NCBI GenBank assembly: GCA_042852035.1
Contig: BAAFHK010000003.1
Coordinates: forward strand, 60,001 to 92,000
DNA length: 32,000 nt
Direction of reading: 5' to 3'
DNA from: Candidatus Saccharimonadota bacterium
GTDB taxonomy: Bacteria > Patescibacteriota > Gracilibacteria > BD1-5 > UBA2023
Shown here: in pieces, positions 19,690-28,370 of the stretch
How the letters are laid out: every line of letters begins with the position of its first letter
Numbering within the stretch: position 1 is the first letter of the stretch
The notes under the pieces: generated by a model
Seen by the model: the letters and a program-made list of their open reading frames with translations, nothing else
Told to the model about the DNA's origin: nothing
The model's database searches: none
Program-made: the position numbers and the translations under genes

Positions 19690-22188
19690 TTACTTTCTCT
19701 GCACCATCTTATAGAATTCGAGCACATCGCCTTCTAGTATGGTAACGTCTCCCTTAAAATTAATACCACAATCATTTCCTTCTTCTACTTCATTCACATC
19801 CAGAGGTCATTGTTTGAGGTTTGCAACTTCTCCACTTCCAGCCTTAGCTCCATCACGAATAACACGAACCTTCGCACGATTCTCGATTTTTCCAGAAGTG
19901 ACCCCCATACCAACAATCATCATTGAATGATTTTTTCCAGTATAGAATATTGCCTTTACGAGAGAGGTACCGAGTTCTTGCTCTTCATATCGGATATCGA
20001 TCATTCCTGTAATGATAGATTCTACTTTTTCAATAATATGGTAGATAACTTTCTTATCAATAAATTCAATTTTTGATGCAGAAAGAGCATTCTTTGCTGC
20101 TGGGAGAACAGAAACATTATAGGCGATAAGAAGAGCCTGTGAAGTTCCTGCCATCATCACATCTGATTGATTAACGTCACCAACCGCAGAATGGATAAAT
20201 GTTACTTGTGTTTCTGAGGTTGAGAGTTTTCCAAGTGCCGCTTTTAATGCTTCAAGAGAACCTCCGGAATCCGTCTTGAGGACGATTTTGAGTTGCTTCA
20301 AGGCTCCTGATTTAAGTCGACCCATAAGCATTGCGAGTGAAGCTCCTTCAAAGGCATGAATTGACTTCGTATTTCGGGCAAGAGCAAAATCTTTGGCACG
20401 AGTTGCTGCCATTTCTGGAGAAGAAACTGCCTGAAGAATATCTCATCATGCAACCACATCTGAAAGTCCCGTAATCTGTACAGGAACACCTGGACCTGCT
20501 TCTTCTATATTTTTTCATTTATAGTCTTTGAGTGTTCGAACCTTTCCATAAGCACCAGCACAAACAATATTATCCCCCTTATAAAGAGTTCCCGTATTTA
20601 TGAGAATAGTAGCAACAGAACCGAGCTTTTGATCAAGATGTGCTTCAATAACCGTTGCAACAGCGGCACGATTTGGATTCGCTTTGAGTTCGAGCATCTC
20701 CGCCTGAAGAAGAATCATCTCTAGGAGATTCTCCATCCCAAGTCCTGTATGGGCTGATACTGGACAAACTACAACATTTCCTCCCCAATCTTCTGGTTGA
20801 AGCCCTTGCTCTGCCATTTGTCCTTTGATAAGATCAATATTGGCTCCTGGTTTATCCATCTTATTGATGGCTACAATAATAGGTACTTCTGCATCTTTTG
20901 CGTGATTGATAGACTCAATTGTTTGTGGCTTCATTCATTCATCTGCAGCGACGACAATTACAGCAATATCAGTAAGTTTTGCTCAGCGAGCACGCATAAT
21001 CGTGAAGGCTTCATGACCTGGGGTATCAAGGAATGTTATTTTCTTTCCATTCTTCTCCACCTGATAAGCACCAATTTTTTGAGTGATTCCTCAAGCTTCT
21101 CAAGCAGCAACTTGAGTCTTTCTGATGTAGTCAAGAAGAGAGGTTTTTCCATGGTCTACGTGACCCATTACTGAGATAATTGGAGATCTCGCTATAAGGC
21201 GTGAAGTATCTTCTTCTCGAATCATTTCTTCAATATTGCCATCCATGAGATCCGAAACAGATACATTCTCAGATATTTCTTTTGATATCTTAATGCCGAA
21301 AGCCTCTCCAATAAGGTATGATGTATCATAATCGATAGGAGCGTTGAGGTTAACGAGAACCCCATTTTTCATCAGCTCTCCGATAACTTTAGCAACTGGA
21401 ACTCAGATTTTATCTGAAAATTCCTTCACAGAAATAACGTCTGGCACAGATACTTCTTGACCCGTTCGATCAACGAGAATTTGCTTGACCTCTTCAAGAT
21501 TTTTTTCTGCCTTTTTCTTGCCTGCCTTTCCAGAGCGACGAAATGAACCATCATCAGCAACTCCTCCTATGGTTTTTACACTCCTCTTTTTTCCATCTTC
21601 AAGTGGAAATTCCTTTCCATTTTTATCCTTTCGAGACTTTTTTGCTGTCCCATCTTTCGATGGAGTTGCATATCCGATATCGCGCTGAAAAATTGGCTTC
21701 GCATCGTCACGGAGTCGTTTCTGATTATTATTAGCCTGATGACTTTGTCCTTCAGCTCTTCTTTTTGGAACCTCATCTGGTATCTGCATTACAGGTCGAT
21801 TTTCGAGTACCTTAATCTTGTTCTCAGCTTTTCCGAAAGAAATTTTTGGAAAACTATTTTTTTGCTCTTTGGTTTCTGGCTTTTGTTCTTTTGCCTCATT
21901 CGAAGAGCTTCTCATGACAGACTTAAGAAGACTTGAACTTGCATGCTCCCGCTCTACGAGACGCGCCTTCGGACGTTCTGGAGGAAGTTCCTCATGTTTT
22001 TCTTCATGCTCTTGCTCATGCACTTGCTCATGCACTCCCTCATCTTCCGTAGGTTTTTTTACCACAGCTTTTAGTTTCAGTTTAATCGGCTTTTTATCAT
22101 CCTTTCAGGCATTTGCGTTTTGCTGCACCTGGGCATAATAGTCGTCTTGATTTGTTGGAGGAGTCATGGAGAAATGGTTATAGTGCAT
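19690..22188 (-). CDS. infB: translation initiation factor IF-2 (about 830 aa; start uncertain between ATG 22188, ATG 22167 and GTG 22065)
   Basis: Four track fragments (ends at 20412, 20934, 21372 and 22065) share one frame. The G domain reads [38 protein letters not shown] with two TGA at Gly positions. Further blocks are DTPGHEAF-equivalent, NKMDK, and the C-terminus ...[14 protein letters not shown]. The N-terminal region is low-complexity and rich in Lys, Glu and His. The stop is TAA at 19692-19690. Confidence 0.93.
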
Positions 22189-22224
22189 GAGGAAGAACTT
22201 CGGTTCATAACGCCGATTTCATAT

Positions 22225-22278
22225 CTTACGAACGTAACTCTCGTACTCATAATAACTAAAAATACGAGAGCTCGTAAG
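22225..22278 (-). promoter_or_regulatory. two-tier stem-loop in the predicted infB 5' leader
   Basis: The outer stem is cttacga (22225-22231) with tcgtaag (22272-22278). The inner stem is ctctcgta (22238-22245) with tacgagag (22263-22270), around a 17-nt AU-rich loop. It lies between the predicted promoter (22302-22329) and the candidate starts. Confidence 0.45.
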
Positions 22279-22301
22279 AACTCATACGGAAATGTGCCGA
22301 G

Positions 22302-22329
22302 ATAATATAGAAAAGCTGAACTTTGTCAA
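22302..22329 (-). promoter_or_regulatory. sigma70-like promoter for infB
   Basis: Minus strand reads TTGACA (22329-22324), a 16-nt spacer, then TATTAT (22307-22302). The local sequence is TTGACA-N14-TATATTATC, matching the fusA promoter layout. Confidence 0.5.
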
Positions 22330-22339
22330 AGAAGAAGTT

Positions 22340-22350
22340 CCCCCCCCCCC
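22340..22350. repeat. C11 (G11 on the minus strand) homopolymer tract
   Basis: Eleven consecutive C at 22340-22350 in an AT-rich intergenic region. It is 10 nt upstream of the infB -35 hexamer and 34 nt upstream of a perfect TATAAT (22385-22390) that faces the divergent gene at 22428. Confidence 0.9.
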
Positions 22351-22427
22351 TCCAAGCATACAAGACTTGCAAAAGCAGAACTTTTATAATAAAGTGTTCG
22401 TGTTACAGAAATTATAAATCCTTAAAC

Positions 22428-22838
22428 ATGAGCGAAACACCCCAAGAAGTAGATTCAGCATCAGAGAAAAAATGAGAATTTGAATCCAAAATAATACCTG
22501 AATGGAGGAAGGCTGAAGAAACAGGAAATTATAGGGACTACCTTATAGTATTAGATAATTATCTCCAGAAATGATTCATAGGGAGCGCCCTTACTTTTAA
22601 TAGTGAATTATGAGACACCATGCAGGGCCTTTCTGTTGCTATTGATTGAATCTTGTTAGATGAAAGCTGAGAGAATTATAAAGAATATATTGATAGGGAA
22701 ACTATTTTTTGAAACGGACTCGATATCGACTCGATAAATTTATTTTTATGAAAGAGCCACCCTCAAGTGAAAGAAGTGGCTCATAGTTTTGCAAGACATG
22801 TAATTTGATCATTTTACCACGAAGAAACGAAACATTAA
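22428..22838 (+). CDS. hypothetical protein (136 aa)
   Basis: Runs from ATG at 22428 to TAA at 22836-22838. It is 137 codons with 8 in-frame TGA and no TAA or TAG (MSETPQEVDSASEKKGEFESKIIPEWRKAEETGNYRDYLIVLDNYLQKGF...). A perfect TATAAT lies 38 nt upstream. No family recognised. Confidence 0.55.
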
Positions 22839-22871
22839 TGCCTTGTTCTAATTCTAGAGAAATAATTTATT

Positions 22872-23492
22872 TTACTGTAATTCCTTCTCTACCTCTCAGG
22901 CAATCTTAATCGAAGGTTTAAGAGTTTTTGCCCCTGGAGTCCATTTTGCTGGACATGCAGTTCCAGGGTTTGCCTCCATGTATTGGAGAGCCTCTATCTT
23001 ACGAAGAAGTTCATCTGCATTTCGTCCGAGTGGACCACTTGTCACCTCAATACCTCGACAAACACCATGTGGATCAATAATAAATGTTCCACGTCCTGCA
23101 ATACCTGATGCTTCATCGAGAATATTATATGCTGCAGCGATTTCTGTATTATGATCAGCAAGCATAAGGTATGGGAAATTTTTCATAAGCCCTTCGTGCT
23201 TTACCCATGCTCGATGAGAAAATACAGTATCAGTAGAAGCCGCGAGAACCGTCACTCCAAGTTCATCAAATTTCGCCTTCACATTTGCCATATCTTTAAG
23301 TTCTGTTGGGCAAACAAAGGTAAAGTCTGCAGGGTAGTAAAATAGAACACTCCACTTCCCACGAAGATCTTCAAGAGAAACATGAGCATCATCATCCTTT
23401 ATAGGATCATAAGCAGGGAGATCAAAGCTCGGTGCAGGCATGTCGATTTTTACCTGTTCAAAAACGAATTCGTGTGAATCACAACAAGACAT
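22872..23492 (-). CDS. ahpC: typical 2-Cys peroxiredoxin (AhpC/Tsa type, 206 aa)
   Basis: ORF 22896-23492 carries the peroxidatic motif FTFVCPTE and the resolving-Cys block GTACPAKWTPGAKTLKPS. The track stop is a TGA, so the frame continues 8 codons to TAA at 22874-22872. The true start may instead be the internal MPAPSFDL. Confidence 0.88.
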
Positions 23493-23538
23493 AAGATGAA
23501 AATTAATTATTAGAAAATCTGTTCTTCCGAACAGCGGA

Positions 23539-23566
23539 AGTATATGAAAAAATGATGGAAAATCAA
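23539..23566 (-). promoter_or_regulatory. sigma70-like promoter for ahpC
   Basis: Minus strand reads TTGATT (23566-23561), a 16-nt spacer, then TATACT (23544-23539). Confidence 0.45.
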
Positions 23567-23571
23567 ATGAA

Positions 23572-23590
23572 AATGAGAATTATTCTCATT
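23572..23590. promoter_or_regulatory. 19-bp palindromic operator candidate (Fur/PerR-type box) upstream of ahpC
   Basis: AATGAGAAT-T-ATTCTCATT, a perfect 9+1+9 palindrome. It ends 5 nt upstream of the ahpC -35 hexamer. It is nearly identical to the box at 27104-27122. Confidence 0.6.
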
Positions 23591-23595
23591 ATTAT

Positions 23596-24960
23596 TTAAT
23601 ACACTATTACTTTTTTATTCGTGAATGCTCGGAGTCATTCTGGGCCATTTTCTTTTCCATATCAGGAGAGTTTTACTCCTCAAAAAGGAAGATGGGGCTG
23701 AGATGCTGATGGTCGATTAAGAAATACCATGCCAGTTTCTATTTGCCGAGCAACATATTTCAACTCTTCGATATCATCCCCATAGACGCACCCACAGAGT
23801 CAAAAATCAGAATGATTTGCTATTTCTATAGCCTCATCGAGGTTCCTTACTCGAATAATGGAAGCAACAGGACCAAATACTTCTTCTCTGTATGAAGTCA
23901 TATTAGTTGTTACATCTGCGAGGAGCGTGGGCGCATAAAAATATCAAGTTCTATCGAGCTTTTTTCCTCCAGTAATAAGGCGCGCTCCTTCACTAATAGT
24001 CTTCTCAACTTGCATATGGATTTCATCACGAAGGTCGGCACGAGCAAGAGGGCCGAGATCTGTCGATGGATCCATTGGATTACCGATTATGAGCGATTCC
24101 ATAGCTTTTTTTGCGAGTTCGATAAAGGCATCATAATACTCTTCAATCACGATAAATCGTTTTGAAGAGTTACACTTCTGTCCATTATTGGAAATGCGAG
24201 CTTTTACAGCCTCGTGTGCGATTCATTCAAGATTCTTTGTGTGCGCGACGATGAAGGCATCATTTCCTCAGAGTTCAAGCACAGAAGGCTTCAGGTATTT
24301 TCCAGCAAGCGATCACACAGATCGACCAGCCCCCTCTGATCCAGTGAGATTCACTCAACGAACTTCTCTTCTTGAAAGGATATACTCACTTTCACTTGAG
24401 GAGATAAAAAGATTTTGATATACCCCTATCGGAAACCCAGCTTCAAGAAAGAGCGATTCAATACGAGCTCACGCAATAGGAGTATTTGAGGCATGCTTAT
24501 AAATAACCGTATTACCAGCCAAAATATTTGGTATCGCAGCTCGAAGAACTTGATTAAATGGAAAATTCCAGGGAGCAATGCCATAAATAACACCGAGAGG
24601 ATCATAGTGGTACTCGTGCTTAGTTCCATTCCCTTCTTCAGTCAATGGAGCAAGCAGAGATTCAAAGTTATTTGCATACCACTCAATCAATTTTCCCGTA
24701 GATCAAAGTCCTGCAAAAGAAGCACTATAAAGCATCCCCATTTCTTTTGTCTGAATCGTAGCAAGCTCCTCTCGATTCGCCTCAATGAGATGAGCAAGTT
24801 TAAGAAAGAGTGCTTTTTTCTCTGTCTTTGATACGTTTTTCCAAGAGAGATATGCCTCATGAGCAAGTATGATTTTTTTATCAAGCTCTTCACGAGTAAT
24901 GGTCTCAAAGGTAGCATTTACCTCAAGAGTATAGGGATTGGTAGAAATAAGAGTGGTCAT
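23596..24960 (-). CDS. NAD(P)-dependent aldehyde dehydrogenase, succinate-semialdehyde dehydrogenase (GabD1)-like (454 aa)
   Basis: Track fragments ending at 24960, 24690 and 24150 share a frame. ALDH blocks are APWNFPFNQV, the ELGGNDA catalytic Glu block with TGA at a Gly, NNGQKCNSSKR (catalytic Cys), and PFGGVKLSGYGKENG with three TGA at Gly positions. The stop is TAA at 23598-23596. Confidence 0.88.
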
Positions 24961-24965
24961 ATATA

Positions 24966-26582
24966 TTATTTTATTTCCTTTGGATAATCAAACACGAGAT
25001 CTATAATTTTTAATCCCGGAAATTCAAGCGCTTTTTTCAAAGTTGATTCAAAATCATATTTCTTTTCGACACGAAATCCTCGGGCTCCAAAGCTTTCTGC
25101 GAGTTTCACAAAATCTGGGTTTCCAAATTTGAGTCCCCATTTTTCCATTCCACCGCCTTCCTGCTTCCACTCAATCATCCCATACGAACCATTATTGAGG
25201 ACTATGAGAGTTATATCGAGTGAGAGTCGTACGGCAGTCTCAATATCTCAGAGATTCATGACAAGCCCTCCATCTCCTGTTACACATACAACGCGCTTAT
25301 CTGGGAATTCAAGTTTGGCACTCATTGCACTGGAAAGACCTGCCCCCATCGTCGCAAGAGCATTATCAAGAATAAGTGTATTAGGCCCATAACATGGATA
25401 ATTTCGAGAAATCCAGACCTTGTAGAGACCATTATCAAGAGTGAGAATGTCCGCACTCTCCATGTTTCTGCGGAGAATATCAGTAAGCATTCGAGGTCAC
25501 ATGACAGAAGTTGGACTTTCGATTTCTTCCGTGAGATGGTTTTTGAGGTAGATTGTGTATTGATCTTTAATTCTGTATATTTCTTCAAAATCCCATTTTG
25601 CCTCGATTTTTGCTTCCGAAAGTCGCCAAAATATATTTCCTATATCTCCGATAACTTCAAGGTATGGCGCATAGACATCATCTATATGTGCCTCATAAAA
25701 GTTGATATAGATTGATGGTGTTCCATCGACTCACATAAGAGTGGTTGGCTTCTCGATCGGATCATACCCTACAGAAATAATAAGATCCGATTGGGCAATT
25801 GCCTGATGAATATAATCACCCTGTGTAAGTGAAGCTGTACCAAGATATTCTGGAAGAGATTCATTGACGACTCACTTTCCCATCTGGGAAGTAAAGAATG
25901 GGATATGATATTTCTTAATAAAGGACTCTAGGTACTTAGAAATCTGTTTTCGATTCGCTCCCGCACCGATGAGGATAATTGGTCGCTCAACCTTTTCGAG
26001 CTCTGAGATAAGTTTCTCAAGCATTTTTTCATCAATAACTGGACGGCGAATCTTCTCGGTATGAGCAGAAATGTCTTCCACTCGAACATCCTCTAAAGCA
26101 ATATCTTCAGGAAACTCAATTGCTACGACACCAGGTCGTTCCGACCGAGCAATCTTCCATGCATTATGCATCAAAGAAGGAATGCGTGAACCACTAATAA
26201 TGGTAGTAGCATATTTGGTAATTGGTCGCATCATTCCGACTACATCGATAATCTGAAAGAGTCCTTGCTTTGATTTCTTTATGGGTTTCTGTCCAGTAAT
26301 AACAATAAGGGGCAATCCGGAAAGTTGAGCATATGCTACACCCGTGACCATATTTGTAGCGCCAGGACCAAGGGTTGCGAGAGCTACTCCTGGATTTCCG
26401 GTAAATCTCCCGTGATTTGCAGCCATAAATACGGCCGTTTGCTCATTTCGAGTAAGAATAAGCTTGATATTCGAATTTCGGAGTGATTCTATAAAATCGA
26501 GATTCTCTTCTCATGGAACCCCGTAAATCCGATCAACCCCGTATGATTCGAGCATCTGAACAAAGATATCACTTGCTTTCAT
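24966..26582 (-). CDS. thiamine-diphosphate-dependent enzyme of the acetolactate synthase / 2-oxoacid decarboxylase family (538 aa)
   Basis: Fragments ending at 25178, 25490 and 26426 share a frame, which extends to ATG at 26582-26580. The N-terminal pyrimidine-binding block is YGVPGEENL...TRNEQTAVFMAANHGRFTGNPGVALATLGPGATN. The ThDP motif is GDGGLVMNLGDIETAV...NNGSYG. The stop is TAA at 24968-24966, 5 nt before the ALDH start. Confidence 0.88.
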
Positions 26583-26591
26583 ATTTGAAAA

Positions 26592-27044
26592 TTATTTTTT
26601 TCCAAGCAGAGCACGGAGCATCCAACGTTTTTTGTCGAGATCTTTCTTTGCTGCAATAATAACATCCTGGGTACAGGGATCATTGTCAGTTTCATCAATA
26701 AATTTACTCATTTCATCAGAAATATGAAGAAGATTATCATGAAGTGCTTTCTGCATATCAGCAGCGGAAAGAGTTCCCTCAAGTTCTGAAATCGTAGTTA
26801 TATGTAAATATTCACTCAGTTTTGAAATTGGATACTCACCAAGGATTCTCACCTGTTCAGCAAAAACATCACTCTGTTCTGAAAGCATATCGTATATATC
26901 TCCAAATATCTCATGATTGTCCTCAAAAACGGGGCCAAGGACATTCCAGTGACAAAATCGTGCATTTTGAGCCGCAACTGTATAAGCCGCAAGAAGATGA
27001 TTCAAGGAATGAATGGAGGGATTATTTTGAGATTCTTTTTTCAT
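26592..27044 (-). CDS. dps: Dps-family DNA-protecting ferritin-like protein (150 aa)
   Basis: Intact ORF with the Dps ferroxidase-site pattern (HWNVLGPVFEDNHEIFGDIYDMLSEQSDVFAEQVRILG). The stop is 9 nt upstream of the ThDP-enzyme start. Confidence 0.88.
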   Translation of the reverse strand: MKKESQNNPSIHSLNHLLAAYTVAAQNARFCHWNVLGPVFEDNHEIFGDIYDMLSEQSDVFAEQVRILGEYPISKLSEYLHITTISELEGTLSAADMQKALHDNLLHISDEMSKFIDETDNDPCTQDVIIAAKKDLDKKRWMLRALLGKK

Positions 27045-27071
27045 AATAAAATATAAGGAATAAACATCCTC

Positions 27072-27099
27072 ATTGTATTCATTAAGGGAAAAAATGCAA
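27072..27099 (-). promoter_or_regulatory. sigma70-like promoter for dps and the two downstream genes
   Basis: Minus strand reads TTGCAT (27099-27094), a 16-nt spacer, then TACAAT (27077-27072). Confidence 0.45.
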
Positions 27100-27100
27100 A

Positions 27101-27125
27101 AATAATGAGAATAATTCTCATTATT
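27101..27125. promoter_or_regulatory. palindromic operator candidate (Fur/PerR-type box) upstream of dps
   Basis: The core is AATGAGAAT-A-ATTCTCATT (27104-27122), extendable to a perfect 25-bp palindrome AATAATGAGAAT-A-ATTCTCATTATT. It ends 4 nt upstream of the dps -35 hexamer and overlaps the stop codon of the ABC ATPase gene (27121-27123). Confidence 0.6.
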
Positions 27126-27855
27126 CTACTTTCATATACTCTCCTTGTGCTTTTATTACTCGCTCCATAAAAAAGTCTTCAATTGGCATTTCAAGTGATC
27201 TCACTTTCATATCGGCTACAATTTTTCCCTGAGCAATGATAGCAAATCGGTCACATATTGCCTCAACATCTGAAAGAATATGGGTATTAAAAAAGAGAGT
27301 TTTTCATTTTTTCTTAAGGTGCAACATGAGATCTTTTACCATTTTTCGACCAATAGGATCAAGTCCACTCATTGGCTCATCAAGGAATATGAGCTCTGGA
27401 TCATGAAGTATTGCTTGAGCAAGCCCAATTCGTTGAAGCATTCATTTTGAATAGGTATGAAGTCTTTTGCTTCGAGCATAAGTGAGTCACACTTGGTTAA
27501 GTACTTCATTCTTTCTCTTTTCTAATTCGCCTCCCTTTAGCCCATAAAATGCAGCGTTGAAATCAAGAAATTCATCTGCAGTAAGGTACTTATAAAGATA
27601 GGTATTTTCTGGCATGAATCCGATACGTTTACGTACCTCTGTATCATCAATTTCTCCGGAAAAAATTTTTATCTCACCCGACGTTGGTCGCATTATCCCA
27701 AGAATACACTTCATTGTCGTTGTTTTTCCAGCTCCATTTGGTCATAAAAACCCAAAAACCTCTCATTCACCTATAGAAAGAGAGATGTCATGAAGAAGGT
27801 GGGACTTACCGACTTTTTTTTCGAGATGAGAAATAGAAAGAGCTTTAACTGACAT
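27121..27855 (-). CDS. ABC transporter ATP-binding protein (244 aa); no permease gene adjacent
   Basis: Walker A is [11 protein letters not shown] with TGA at the Gly. The signature motif is YSKGMLQR with TGA at the Gly. Walker B is [12 protein letters not shown], followed by an H-loop NTHIL. It runs from ATG at 27855-27853 to TAA at 27123-27121. Confidence 0.9.
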
Positions 27856-27947
27856 AATTATTGTTCCACCCTGAGCAATACGAAGGAAATAGAAACACAA
27901 ACTCTTCGGCAAAGACTCAGATGGTGGGAGTGGTATTTTATTGTATA

Positions 27948-28292
27948 CTAATCTTCTTTTCTTCGTATTTGTACTCGTATTTCTGCTACCTCAAAACCTT
28001 CTGGAATATTTTTTATGAGAACATTCTCGATAGGAAAGTCACAAAAAATTCAAGTTTTTTCATCGACCAAGTGAGCATGAGTCGAAGGATTACATTCATA
28101 GTAGGTTTTTCCGTTAATACCTGGAAAACGACGAATCATCCCCTCTTGGGCCATTGCTTCTATATTTCTATACACTGTGGCTCGACCAATTTTTGGGTTT
28201 TGTTTCTTTACTTCATCAAAAATATCCTCTGCTGAAAGATGCCTACATTCACAGGTATTACAAATTATGTCTCGATATTGATGTTTACGCAT
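27948..28292 (-). CDS. short Fur-family metalloregulator (114 aa), candidate PerR-like regulator
   Basis: ORF 28050-28292 extends across one TGA to TAG at 27950-27948. The winged-helix block is HLSAEDIFDEVKKQNPKIGRATVYRNIEAMAQEGMI, followed by the His-rich block STHAHLVDEKTG. I see no CxxC pairs in the C-terminal half. Confidence 0.75.
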
Positions 28293-28334
28293 ATAACTAC
28301 TTTGAAAGTGTGATAAGAATCAAAACTTCTATTG

Positions 28335-28363
28335 GATTATGAGAATACTCATCAAAAAATCAA
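28335..28363 (-). promoter_or_regulatory. possible fur promoter with an imperfect box in the spacer
   Basis: Minus strand reads TTGATT (28363-28358), a 17-nt spacer, then ATAATC (28340-28335). The imperfect palindrome TATGAGAATACTCAT (28338-28352), which carries one good half-site of the 19-bp box, overlaps the spacer and -10. The sequence is AT-rich, so chance matches are likely. Confidence 0.3.
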
Positions 28364-28370
28364 GCAAATT

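Noticed and set aside
22009-22040. A short tandem DNA repeat (cttgctcatgca, roughly two copies) in the infB 5' region as a mini-satellite.
   Set aside because: There are only about two copies, in frame, encoding the His/Glu/Gln-rich low-complexity N-terminus ([12 protein letters not shown]). This is typical of the variable IF-2 N-terminal region.
22189-22359. An N-terminal extension of infB up to ATG 22359; the frame stays open under code 25 through the G11 tract.
   Set aside because: A strong promoter-like element (22302-22329) and a leader hairpin lie inside this stretch. The translated sequence (…FSFSILSRHISVGVLTSSRIFSYYEYESY…) is not IF-2-like. The open frame is probably fortuitous.
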